Position numbers and translations under genes: made by a program
Notes under the pieces: generated by a model
Databases searched by the model: none
What the model was told of the DNA's origin: nothing
The model's input: the letters and a program-made list of their open reading frames with translations, nothing else
Shown here: positions 27,036 to 36,934 of the stretch, piece after piece
Position numbering within the stretch: position 1 is the first letter of the stretch
How the letters are laid out: every line of letters starts with the position of its first letter
Assembly (NCBI GenBank): GCA_027064005.1
Contig: JAMOQM010000051.1
Location: forward strand, 1-51,736
Length of the DNA stretch: 51,736 bases
Direction: 5' to 3'
DNA from: Candidatus Cloacimonadota bacterium
GTDB lineage: Bacteria > Cloacimonadota > Cloacimonadia > Cloacimonadales > JAMOQM01

Positions 27036-28004
27036 CTAATTGATGTGGTAAATTCGAACTTCTCCTTGATTATCCCCTAAATATATTCTATTATTTTTTG
27101 ACAAAACGCAATTTTGCTCGGTTCCTATTTGCAGATTATCAATTGAAGACATTAAAGAGTTGCTGATATCTACAACATTTAAGCCACTATTTGCGGTTGC
27201 AATATACAATTTCCCATCCTTATAAGAAAGATTTCGAACTTGGTCAAAAAAGGTTAATCTGTCTTTCTGAACTAATGTGTCATTTTCAATGTCGTATTTA
27301 ATTAACTCATTTCCTGAACCGGTATAAATTTCATTATTAACAAAAATTACATCAAAAACATTTTCGGAAAAAATCGAATTTTCAAGCGATAAAGTATTAT
27401 TTTCAATTTTATATAAATGCAAACCGGAATTTGTTCCACAAATTATTTCATTGCTTGAGATGAATTTTGCACATAAGAAAATTTCTCCGGCAAAAGATTT
27501 TTCATCAAGAAGTGAAGGTGAATAATTATTGCTGACATCAAATAATTTTACTCCTCCGGAACCATCGGCAATTACAACTTCATTATCATATCTGTCCAAA
27601 TAAAAAGCGTTACTCGTTTGATAATGGGATAATTCTTCGGGGAATATAAAATTGTCTAAACTAATAACTCTCAAACCGCCGGTATCGTCAGCAACATAAA
27701 CAATGTCATCTTTTTTATTTAAGGAATAAGCAGTGTCAAAAGTATTCAAAGTGCAGACAAATTCAGGATAATCAATATCAAAAATATCATAGATTTGCAC
27801 TCCGTTTTGTCCGTCGGCAATATAAAGTAAATCTCCGTAAATTTTTAAATCGTAAACAACGCCTGCAGTTTTTATTGTAGAATGTAAAGAATAGGTTTCT
27901 GAATCGTCAGGATTTGAATTTGGTCCGGTTTGATAAAAATTACAACCAATGACCAATAAGAATAATCCCGCGAGTAATGATTTTCTCATTGCAATCTCCT
28001 TCAT
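27036..28004 (-). CDS. LVIVD-repeat lipoprotein
   Basis: Lipobox VIGC; repeated YIADG..GV.I.DI units. Confidence 0.7.
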   Translation of the reverse strand: MKEIAMRKSLLAGLFLLVIGCNFYQTGPNSNPDDSETYSLHSTIKTAGVVYDLKIYGDLLYIADGQNGVQIYDIFDIDYPEFVCTLNTFDTAYSLNKKDDIVYVADDTGGLRVISLDNFIFPEELSHYQTSNAFYLDRYDNEVVIADGSGGVKLFDVSNNYSPSLLDEKSFAGEIFLCAKFISSNEIICGTNSGLHLYKIENNTLSLENSIFSENVFDVIFVNNEIYTGSGNELIKYDIENDTLVQKDRLTFFDQVRNLSYKDGKLYIATANSGLNVVDISNSLMSSIDNLQIGTEQNCVLSKNNRIYLGDNQGEVRIYHIN

Positions 28005-28013
28005 TTAGAAAAA

Positions 28014-28049
28014 TCAGGGATTATTTTCATCATTAAAAATAATCCCTGA
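28014..28049 (-). terminator. Hairpin/terminator downstream of ptrB
   Basis: TCAGGGATTATTT...AAATAATCCCTGA inverted repeat. Confidence 0.6.
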
Positions 28050-28058
28050 AAAATTTCC

Positions 28059-30125
28059 TTATTTTTTACTTAAATGAATAATAAATGCATATTCAAAAGC
28101 AATATCTTTATAAAAACTATATCTTCCTGATGCACCGGCATGTCCGGCATTCATATCCATCTGAAGTAAAATCTTTGATTTTCCAAGGTTATTTTCCTGT
28201 AATTTCGCTGTCCATTTTAAAGGTTCCCAATACCCAACCCGAGTATCATTGAAACTTGTTGTAATTAAAATATTTGGATATTTTTGCTTCTTAACATTAT
28301 CATAAGGTGAATAAGATTTTATATAGTCAAAATACTTCTTTATTTTTGGATTTCCCCATTCGTCATATTCTCCGGCTGTTAAAGGCAAAGATTCGTCTAA
28401 CATGGTATTTAAAACATCTACAAAAGGAACTTCCGCCAAAATTCCTTTAAATAAATCCGGCCTCATATTAGCGATAGCTCCCATCACCATTCCGCCGGCA
28501 CTTCCACCTTCTGCAAAAAGCAAATTTGCATTGGTATATTTTTCATGAATAAGAAATTCCGCACAGTTTATGAAATCATTAAAAGTATTTTTCCTGTTGA
28601 GCATTTTCCCTTGATCATGCCAATATTTTCCCATCTCTCCCCCACCTCTAATGCTGGCATCCGCCCAAATAAAACCGCGATCCATTAAAGCTAATCTTGA
28701 TGATGAAAAATAAGGATCTTCGCAATCTCCGTAAGAACCGTAAGCATATAGAAGCAAAGGGTTTTTACCGTCCAACTTTATTCCTTTTTTATAAACCAAT
28801 TTGATAGGAATTTTTACACCGTCTTTTGTTGGTGCGTAAATACATTTTTCAACATAATTTTTAGGATTGTAATTGTTAACTTTATCCTTTTTCAAAAGTT
28901 TAATTTTCTTTGTCTTCATATTTATTAGGCAAATTTTTTCAGGATTAAGATAAGTCTCGTAACTAAATCTAAAATTTTGCGTATCATAATCATAATTTGA
29001 TCCTTGAGAAATTGAATAGAGTTTTTCTTTTATTGGAATAAAATATTTTTCCTTTGTCTTTAAATTCATGATTCGGATTTTTTGCATTCCATTTTCTCGA
29101 ATTGAAAAGACAAAAAAGTCTTTGAACAAACTAAAATCATTCAAAATAACATTTTTTTGAGAAGGGAAAATAGTCTCGTATTTATGATTTTTTAAATCGA
29201 CTACTTTTAGCAATTTATAATCAGGTGCGTTCTCATTTGTTTTGATAAAGAAATTATTTTCATGATGGTCAATAACATAATCGACTTTATCTTTTTGTTT
29301 TTGGAAAAGCGTAAATTCTTCTTCAGGATGATTAATATTTAGATAATAACACTTTGAAGTTAGTTTGCCGGAATCTCCCAAAATAATATATTTTTTGTCC
29401 GATGTTTTAAATATCCAAATTACAAATTTGTCATTATTTTCAGAAAAAATTTGTTTCGAGTTTCCATCTTTATACAGATATAATTTATCACTTCTAAATT
29501 GATCATTTACAGTAACATAATAAAATGATTTATTGTCGTTCAGCCAAACAAAATCATCAACAGCTTTTGCTTTTTCTTCTATTTTACCGGTGTTTAAATC
29601 TTTAATATAAAGAGTATATCTTTCATTTCCTTTGGTATCGACAGTGAAAGCCAATTTGTTTTGATCGGGACTAATTTTATAAAATCCAACTTCGTAAAAT
29701 TTATATTTTTTTGACTCTTCATTCGGGTTAAAAAGTTCTTCCGGCTTTGCGTCAAGTGACTTAAATTTTCTATAGTAAATATAGTATTGAAGACCTTTAA
29801 CACTTTCGAAGTAATAATAATAATCACCTCGTTTAACAGGATAAGAAAGATCATTCTCCTGAATATGAGAAAGGGATTCTTGATAAATTGAATCTTGCAA
29901 AGATGTTAAAGATTCTAATGTTTTGGCAGTAAAATTATTCTCGGCATTGATGAATTTTAGCACTTCCGGATTTTCTTTATTTTTCATCCAATGATAGTCA
30001 TCATAAAATTCTTTTCCATTATTTTTGAAAATAAATCTTTTTTTAGTAGCTTTTGGATAATTTGGTAAGGCATTAAGCAGTGAGCTTAATAGTAGCGCAT
30101 AAATAGTTAGTTTTAACAGTCTCAT
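28059..30125 (-). CDS. ptrB: Oligopeptidase B (S9A), secreted
   Basis: YGSYG, RGGGEMG, GGSAGG, NDTRV, AGH; signal peptide. Confidence 0.88.
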   Translation of the reverse strand: MRLLKLTIYALLLSSLLNALPNYPKATKKRFIFKNNGKEFYDDYHWMKNKENPEVLKFINAENNFTAKTLESLTSLQDSIYQESLSHIQENDLSYPVKRGDYYYYFESVKGLQYYIYYRKFKSLDAKPEELFNPNEESKKYKFYEVGFYKISPDQNKLAFTVDTKGNERYTLYIKDLNTGKIEEKAKAVDDFVWLNDNKSFYYVTVNDQFRSDKLYLYKDGNSKQIFSENNDKFVIWIFKTSDKKYIILGDSGKLTSKCYYLNINHPEEEFTLFQKQKDKVDYVIDHHENNFFIKTNENAPDYKLLKVVDLKNHKYETIFPSQKNVILNDFSLFKDFFVFSIRENGMQKIRIMNLKTKEKYFIPIKEKLYSISQGSNYDYDTQNFRFSYETYLNPEKICLINMKTKKIKLLKKDKVNNYNPKNYVEKCIYAPTKDGVKIPIKLVYKKGIKLDGKNPLLLYAYGSYGDCEDPYFSSSRLALMDRGFIWADASIRGGGEMGKYWHDQGKMLNRKNTFNDFINCAEFLIHEKYTNANLLFAEGGSAGGMVMGAIANMRPDLFKGILAEVPFVDVLNTMLDESLPLTAGEYDEWGNPKIKKYFDYIKSYSPYDNVKKQKYPNILITTSFNDTRVGYWEPLKWTAKLQENNLGKSKILLQMDMNAGHAGASGRYSFYKDIAFEYAFIIHLSKK

Positions 30126-30219
30126 TTTTCCTCTTTTCTCATTATTATGAATAATTTAGATATAATTATTCTAATTTCTTGTTTCTGATATAGAGGAATC
30201 GCGTCAATAATAAATAATG

Positions 30220-31590
30220 TTAAAAGCGTTTTCTATTTGTTTCAATTTTGAAGTTGGTCTTTTTTTTATTAGAAATGGAGAGATTAAGCATTTTTGTTCC
30301 GGGAGTATAATCGACAAATGATATTTTATCCAGAGTTGTTATTTTGTTCAAAATCCTAGAAATTTTATCAACCGATTCAATAACAGATTCAAAATATTTT
30401 GCATTTTTTCCCATAAAATAGCTTTCATCTTTAATTTTTAGAAGTTCCATTGTACCTTTAATTACCATCAAAGGTTGATTTATCTCATGATTTGTCGAGA
30501 TAGCTAAAGCAAGAGCAGTATTCCTTTTTTCTGAAATAAGTAATTCTTTTTGCATTTCTTGTAATTTTTGGTAAGCGTCATTTAATTCGTCATATGCTTT
30601 TTTCAAAGTTGAGTGTTTAAGTAAATTTATCTCTTTTTGATTATCTTCTAAGATTGAGCAATGTTTGGATTGAATAGACTCAACTAACCGCATTTTTTTC
30701 ACATTATAGATATATTTATAAATAGCGTTATATTTTTTCAAATATTTTAATGAATTTTGTAAGTCGTCATTATTTTCGTAAATTTTTGACACTTCAAAAT
30801 AAATTTCCAATAAGTCTTCATAAGATTTTATTTTAAGAACAATTTCTATAGATTTGAAATAATATTCTAAAGATTTTTCCCAATGCCCTTTTACCTTTTC
30901 TAATCTGCCAAAATTATGGTAAAAATAAATTTTATCGCTTAAATATTCATCATCAAGATAATATTTCTCGGCTTCTAATAAACTTTCTTCAGCTTTTTCA
31001 ATGTTATCCACAGAAAGATACGCTTCACTAATGTTTAATAAAACTGCCCCAACATTTCTGTCATTATTACAAGCAATAAAATAATCTTTTGCTTTTAAAA
31101 AATATTTTAGACAAGTACTATCTTTAGTTTTTAAATATATTGTCCCCAAGTTATTATAAATCATTCCGATTTCTTTAGCTTCTCCTAAATCTTCATAAAT
31201 TGCCAATGCTAAAAAATAAAAATCTTCCGCTTGTTTAAATAAATATAAGCGATTATAGGAATTCCCTAATTGTCTTAAGCTGAAAGCTTCGTTAAACTTA
31301 TCATTTAGTTTTGAAAAAATGGTTTGAGCATGATAGAAATTTTCAATAGCTTTCTCAAAATTAGCTAAGGAAATATATTCTAATCCTATTTTATTATAGA
31401 TTATGCCTTGAAAATTCAGATCTTGAAGTTTGATAGAAAGCGAAAGAGCTTTATTAAGCGTTTCAAAAAAAATATCTTTTTGTCCTAAATCTAAATATGA
31501 TTCAGCTAATTTGATAAAAAGTTCAATTTTTTGGCGAGAATTATTCGTCAGCTGTATCTTTTCATTGATTTGAGAAATAATATTTTCCAT
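30220..31590 (-). CDS. TPR protein with HisKA (DHp) domain and no HATPase domain
   Basis: TPR repeats; NHEINQPL; protein ends about 85 aa after the His. Confidence 0.75.
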   Translation of the reverse strand: MENIISQINEKIQLTNNSRQKIELFIKLAESYLDLGQKDIFFETLNKALSLSIKLQDLNFQGIIYNKIGLEYISLANFEKAIENFYHAQTIFSKLNDKFNEAFSLRQLGNSYNRLYLFKQAEDFYFLALAIYEDLGEAKEIGMIYNNLGTIYLKTKDSTCLKYFLKAKDYFIACNNDRNVGAVLLNISEAYLSVDNIEKAEESLLEAEKYYLDDEYLSDKIYFYHNFGRLEKVKGHWEKSLEYYFKSIEIVLKIKSYEDLLEIYFEVSKIYENNDDLQNSLKYLKKYNAIYKYIYNVKKMRLVESIQSKHCSILEDNQKEINLLKHSTLKKAYDELNDAYQKLQEMQKELLISEKRNTALALAISTNHEINQPLMVIKGTMELLKIKDESYFMGKNAKYFESVIESVDKISRILNKITTLDKISFVDYTPGTKMLNLSISNKKKTNFKIETNRKRF

Positions 31591-31804
31591 AATAAGCCTT
31601 ATTATAATTTAGATTTAATTTTTTTTTCATACGATTTTGACATTAATAATAATAAAACAATAATTCCCTTTAAATTATGTCAAAAATCAATTTAATTGAA
31701 ATTATGTCAACATCTTTCTTTTCAACGTTTGAAAACCGCATATCTACGTGATATTTCAAAACATTAATACTATTCTCGAAAAAAAAATCACCTAACTTGA
31801 ACTT

Positions 31805-33346
31805 TTATTTCTTTTTTGATTTTTCCTTAATCATATTTCTGCATATTTTTTCAACTTCTCGAAAATTAACTTTCCCGCTTCCCATCATCGGTAACTCATC
31901 AATAAGAAAAAATTCTTTAGGAATAGAAATTGGCGGTAAATTTTTTGATATTTTTTTAATAATCTTTCTTTTATTAATTTCATGAGTCGTAATAGCTGCA
32001 ACAAGGTCAGCACCTTTAACCGGATTAGGAACTTCAACAACACAACAAAGGTTATCATCATCCAAAACTTTATTTATCTCGTCTTCAACCGCGGCAAGAG
32101 AAACCATTTCTCCTCCAATTTTTACAAATCTTCTCAATCGCCCTTTATGATAAAGATAACCGTCTTCATCCAAATATCCCATATCTCCGGTATCATACCA
32201 ATCATTGTGAATATGCAAAGATGTTTCTTCAATATCTCCGAAATATCCCTTCATAACCAAATCACCTTTCACTAAAATTTTACCGATTCGATTAGGTGGT
32301 AAAAGCTCATCCGTTTCAATACTAATTATTTTCACCGATACGCCTTCCAAAGTTTTCCCAATACTTTCCGCTCTTTGGTTTAAAGGTGTATTGGATGAAA
32401 TTACCGGACTTGTTTCCGTTGTACCATATCCTTCCAAAATATCCAAATTGTGTCGATTCTTATAATCTTCTCTGATTTGATTAGGCAATTTATCAGCTCC
32501 GGAAATTGCAACCCGAATATTTTTAAATGTATTTTCGTGAGATCTTCTTAAATATCCGTGATAAAAAGAAGGTGTGCCGACTAAAACCGAAACGGGATAT
32601 TCTTCAATTGATTTTATGATTGATTTGTAGTCCAAAGGATTAACGTGAGCAACAATTGTAGAACCCATAATTATTGGTAACCAAAAAGTAACCGTTAAAC
32701 CAAAAACATGAAATAAGGGTAAATTACCGAGGAAGAAATCTTCTCCCGTTAAAGGAAATGCAGGTGGAATATATTTTACGTTATGACCAATATTTTTATG
32801 AGAAAGTTGGACTATTTTGGGATCTTTTTCACTTCCACTGGTAAATAAAATATGGGCATTATCTTCCTCTTTAGTTTTTGGAAAAATACCGCACAATAAT
32901 CTTTGGGGCAATTTTGATTTTGTAAATGCCAACAACTTATCTGATTTTGTAATGGTTGCAGCAATGTCCTCAATATAAATCATTCCGCTAACCGGTTTGA
33001 TATTTAATTTCGCTATTAATTTTTTGCTGGTAATGATGGTTTTAAAATAACATTTATATTGGGCATACAATGAATTTTTTATAGCTCCGGTTGAATAATT
33101 TATCATTACCGGTACTTTACCTGCCATTTGAGTTGCCAAAACGGAAATGTACGCTCCGGCAGAAGTCGGAATCATTATCCCTATATTTTTCTCTTCAAAT
33201 TTTTTTATTTTTTTTGAAAACAATATCGAGGCAATAAGTAATTGTGAATAGGTAGTCTCTTTTTTTGTTGAATAATCAACTACCGCAATTTTATCTTTCA
33301 TCTTTAATGCTGTTTTTATAAATTCTCTATACAATATCATAAACAT
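31805..33346 (-). CDS. AMP-dependent acyl-ACP synthetase (Aas C-terminal-like)
   Basis: FTSGSEKDPK, LPLFHVFG, EGYGTTE, YDTGD, KIGGEMVSL, GSGK. Confidence 0.85.
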   Translation of the reverse strand: MFMILYREFIKTALKMKDKIAVVDYSTKKETTYSQLLIASILFSKKIKKFEEKNIGIMIPTSAGAYISVLATQMAGKVPVMINYSTGAIKNSLYAQYKCYFKTIITSKKLIAKLNIKPVSGMIYIEDIAATITKSDKLLAFTKSKLPQRLLCGIFPKTKEEDNAHILFTSGSEKDPKIVQLSHKNIGHNVKYIPPAFPLTGEDFFLGNLPLFHVFGLTVTFWLPIIMGSTIVAHVNPLDYKSIIKSIEEYPVSVLVGTPSFYHGYLRRSHENTFKNIRVAISGADKLPNQIREDYKNRHNLDILEGYGTTETSPVISSNTPLNQRAESIGKTLEGVSVKIISIETDELLPPNRIGKILVKGDLVMKGYFGDIEETSLHIHNDWYDTGDMGYLDEDGYLYHKGRLRRFVKIGGEMVSLAAVEDEINKVLDDDNLCCVVEVPNPVKGADLVAAITTHEINKRKIIKKISKNLPPISIPKEFFLIDELPMMGSGKVNFREVEKICRNMIKEKSKKK

Positions 33347-33572
33347 TACTCCTTATTTTTCGATGAGTTATAAATTTTTTCCATCCCAAATTGTCAAATA
33401 TTTTACAAAAAATGAACGCAATTCATTTTAGGATTTAAAATATTCTTCTTTAAAATTGTTATTTTGTTTTGATAGAATATATCCTTTTTTATGTAAACTT
33501 TATTGATTAATAAAACCTCTACGCATCTAGCCAGAATTCTAAAAGAACACATAAATTAAGACATTTATAAAA

Positions 33573-33661
33573 GTAGAACAATCTGCCGGATTGTTTATTT
33601 AATTCCTCAACCTGCTAAAATCTTCTTAGAAAGTAGAGACGCTCAAATTGGGCGTCTCTAC
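33573..33661 (+). repeat. GTAG-type REP doublet
   Basis: GTAG-AACAATC-tgccg-GATTGTT, linker, then GTAGAGACGC-tcaaattgg-GCGTCTCTAC. Confidence 0.8.
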
Positions 33662-33747
33662 TATGTAAAAAAGTCAAGAAAAAGCTTGTATTTATATGAG
33701 CCACCTATAATTTGTAAGTTACAAAAAGACAAAAACAGATTGCGAAA

Positions 33748-33810
33748 GTAGAACAATTTGCCAAATTGTTTATTAAATTCTTCAACCTGTTAAAATCTTC
33801 TTAGAAAGTT
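33748..33810 (+). repeat. Second copy of the REP unit (partial)
   Basis: GTAG-AACAATTT-gcc-AAATTGTT plus the same linker TCAACCTGTTAAAATCTTCTTAGAAAGT. Confidence 0.8.
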
Positions 33811-33912
33811 GACAATCTTTTGAAAAATTTCGGGGGGATGCAAGTTCCGAATAAATATTTTGACAGATATCTTAAAAAATCTTCTTCAGAAATAATTAAA
33901 AGGGAGTTAATC

Positions 33913-36825
33913 ATGAAGATTTCAGAATTAAGAAAATATGAGCAGATTTTAATTACGGATATTGGCAGTACAACAACCAAAGCCATTTTTATAAAAAATG
34001 AGAACGATAATTTTGTTTTTAAAGATGTTATTAATTTTCCGACAACTGTTGAAAAACCTTCAGAAGATGTCAAAATTGGAGTTTTTAATGCGATAAAGGA
34101 AATTGAAAAACAACATAATGTCCAAATTCTTAAACAAGATTCAGAGCCTGCGAATATGAGATTTAAAGACAACACTTTATATTTAACAACTAGCAGTGCG
34201 GGCGGTGGTTTACAGATATTGGTGATTGGTTTAACTTTATTTGATTCTGCCGGAACTGCGGCAAGAGCGGCTTTGGGAGCCGGTGGAATTATTCTGGAAA
34301 CCTTTGCAATTGATGATAAAAGGACGATTCTTCAGCAAATGCAGATGATGAAAATTATGCGTCCTGATATTATTCTTATGAGTGGGGGAATTGATCACGG
34401 AGCAATTTCTTCCATAATTAGATTGGCGGAAATTATCAGATTATCTTCTCCCAAACCAAAATATTTTGGTAACAAAATTCCCTTTATTTTTGCAGGAAAC
34501 GTGGATGTGAGAAATTTTATATCGCAAATGTTTTCTGATATTTTTGAACTCCACATTGTTCCAAATCTCCGTCCGACAATGAATACTGAAAATGTTCTTC
34601 CAACCCGGGAATTAATTCATCATCTTTTTTTAAACAATGTTATGGAACAAGCTCCCGGTTATTCCGGATTGAAGAAAATTATGACCGAAGATATTTTACC
34701 AACCCCGCTTGGAGTTATGAAAAGTCTCAATTTATTGAATAAAAAGCATCAAATTAATTCACTTGCTGTGGATATTGGAGGAGCAACGACCGATGTTTTT
34801 TCAGGTATAAACGGTGATTATTTTAGAACTGTCAGTGGAAATTACGGAATGAGTTACAGCATCTCAAACGTGATGAAAGATGCTTCTTTTGAGAATTTGG
34901 CAAAATGGATTCCTGATTCTATTAATGAGAATTATATTAGAAATTATATCTCCGATAAAATGCTATATCCGACTTTTGTTCCGAAAAATGAAAAACAAAA
35001 AATCATAGAAAATGCGATTGCCCGTGAATCAATAAAAATGTCTTTTGCACAGCATATTGAGATGAATTTTAAGAAAAATCAGATGGGATTTTTGGAAAAA
35101 TTAAAACTGATCGGTCAAGATATGAATAAAATTACCGACACTTTTTATTATGAAAAATCTCAGGAAAAAAAGAAGTTACAAAAAAATGATTTCGATTTAG
35201 TGATAGGAATGGGCGGTATTTTTTCTCATATTAATTCTTCAAAACAGGCTTTGATTACGATTATTGATGGTTTCCAACCGGAAGGAATTACCGAAATTTG
35301 GATTGATAAATATTTTGCTTCTCCTCATATTGGGAAATTAGCTGAAGTTAATGAAGAAGTAGCTCTTGATTTTTTGCAAAACGATTTGATGCAAAAATTA
35401 GGATATCATATTAAACCGATATATCAAGCTTCCAAAAAAGTGAAAATTCTGATGAAAGTGATTATTAATGATGAAGAAACGCTGGAAATTTATCCAAACA
35501 AAATTCTTTATTTGAACGAAGAAGGCAATAAAATAAACTTGAAATTTTATCCCCGAAAAGGCGTATTTTTATCATCATCAAAAAAATCTTACGAATTAAA
35601 TACCGATTTACCAATAATGATTGATACCAGAAAAGAATATAATTTTGATGATGAAAATAAGGCGTTGAATTTGTATTCTTCAGAAAATGAGGATGATTTG
35701 GAATCTGATTTCATCAAATTTATTTCTCATTCGGAAATTAAAAAAGGTGATTTGAATTTGGATGTTGAACTTCCTTACGATGGAGTAATTCTTGTTGAAA
35801 AAGGTCAGCAAGTTACTCCGGAAAATATTATCGGGGAAAATCTTTTTAATCCGCCGAAAATTTATATTTTAACCTTATTTAATCGCCCTCGTTTGCCTCT
35901 AACGCCTGAAAATATTCATGATTCGATTTTGGTGTCCGAAGGTGATTCCATAAAAGCCGGGCAGAAATTGGTTTTTATAAAAGATCTGACTTTTTCAGAT
36001 AATTTCAAAGGCAATACTTCTACTTTTGTTTCACCGGTGAGAGGTACAATTGAGAAAATTGATTTTGATTCCGGAACAATTGTCATGAGAGAAATTCAAG
36101 ATTATTCTTCAAAAATGTATAAAATAAAAATTGCGGAACGACTTGGAATTAAACCTAAATTAATCAAAAATTATACAAAACGGGAAGTTGGAGATTTTGT
36201 TTATTCCGGTGAAATTCTTGCAAAAAAAATCATTGATAACAAAACGCCGGTTATTGTCGAAGCACCTTCAACCGGGTCAATAAAAAAAATCGATCGGGAA
36301 AATGGAATTCTTTACCTTCAATATGATAAAAAACCGCACCGTAAAAATTCTTTGATTTATGGCAAAATAGAAAATGTTATCCCCAAAAAATCAGCAAGGA
36401 TTTCATTTAAGGGATATGAAATTTATGGAATCATCGGATTTGGTAAAGAAGTTTCCGGAGAATTGCTTTTTCATAATAATGAATTTGATGAGCGAATTCA
36501 AGATAAAATTTTGGTTATTCCTCATAAAATTACCAAAGAAGAAATCAGGAAAATGATTGATTTTAAGGTTAAAGGCGTTATTGTTTCATCAATTAATAAT
36601 TCGGATCTTATTGATTTTATTGGATTTGAAGTGGGTGTTGCTTTAACCGGAAACGAAGATTTACCTTTCAGTATCATAATCACGGAAGGTTTTGGTAATT
36701 TTAAAATGGATAAAAATTTAGAAGATTTTTATCGAAATAATGCTCAAAAATGGTGTTATCTAAATCCTCATACTCAGATTCGAGCCGGAGTAATTCGACC
36801 GAAAATTGTGATTCAGGATATCTAA
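33913..36825 (+). CDS. GlmL/MutL (mutase reactivase)-like ATPase fused to a barrel-sandwich-hybrid repeat domain
   Basis: TDIGSTTTKA, SSAGGGL, GGIDHG, DIGGATTDVFS; C-terminal V..GD.V..G..LA repeats, TQIRAGV.RP. Start set to ATG 33913 (SD GGGAG). Confidence 0.7.
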   Translation: MKISELRKYEQILITDIGSTTTKAIFIKNENDNFVFKDVINFPTTVEKPSEDVKIGVFNAIKEIEKQHNVQILKQDSEPANMRFKDNTLYLTTSSAGGGLQILVIGLTLFDSAGTAARAALGAGGIILETFAIDDKRTILQQMQMMKIMRPDIILMSGGIDHGAISSIIRLAEIIRLSSPKPKYFGNKIPFIFAGNVDVRNFISQMFSDIFELHIVPNLRPTMNTENVLPTRELIHHLFLNNVMEQAPGYSGLKKIMTEDILPTPLGVMKSLNLLNKKHQINSLAVDIGGATTDVFSGINGDYFRTVSGNYGMSYSISNVMKDASFENLAKWIPDSINENYIRNYISDKMLYPTFVPKNEKQKIIENAIARESIKMSFAQHIEMNFKKNQMGFLEKLKLIGQDMNKITDTFYYEKSQEKKKLQKNDFDLVIGMGGIFSHINSSKQALITIIDGFQPEGITEIWIDKYFASPHIGKLAEVNEEVALDFLQNDLMQKLGYHIKPIYQASKKVKILMKVIINDEETLEIYPNKILYLNEEGNKINLKFYPRKGVFLSSSKKSYELNTDLPIMIDTRKEYNFDDENKALNLYSSENEDDLESDFIKFISHSEIKKGDLNLDVELPYDGVILVEKGQQVTPENIIGENLFNPPKIYILTLFNRPRLPLTPENIHDSILVSEGDSIKAGQKLVFIKDLTFSDNFKGNTSTFVSPVRGTIEKIDFDSGTIVMREIQDYSSKMYKIKIAERLGIKPKLIKNYTKREVGDFVYSGEILAKKIIDNKTPVIVEAPSTGSIKKIDRENGILYLQYDKKPHRKNSLIYGKIENVIPKKSARISFKGYEIYGIIGFGKEVSGELLFHNNEFDERIQDKILVIPHKITKEEIRKMIDFKVKGVIVSSINNSDLIDFIGFEVGVALTGNEDLPFSIIITEGFGNFKMDKNLEDFYRNNAQKWCYLNPHTQIRAGVIRPKIVIQDI

Positions 36826-36840
36826 AAATAGAAAAAACAA

Positions 36841-36868
36841 CGGACAGTTTTCAGGCTGTCCGATTTAA
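36841..36868. terminator. Terminator between convergent genes
   Basis: CGGACAGT-tttcag-GCTGTCCG with an A-rich 5' side and ATTT 3'. Confidence 0.65.
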
Positions 36869-36934
36869 ATTGTTTCCAAAATTGAGGTGATTAAAAAAAC
36901 AATAAAAATGTTAATAATATTTTATTTTACATCA

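Noticed and set aside
33573-33810. CRISPR array
   Set aside because: Only two long units with a conserved linker, no unique spacers and no cas genes; REP is the better fit.
33820-33912. Upstream TTG start for the GlmL-like gene
   Set aside because: Lies next to the REP unit with no SD; ATG 33913 has GGGAG.
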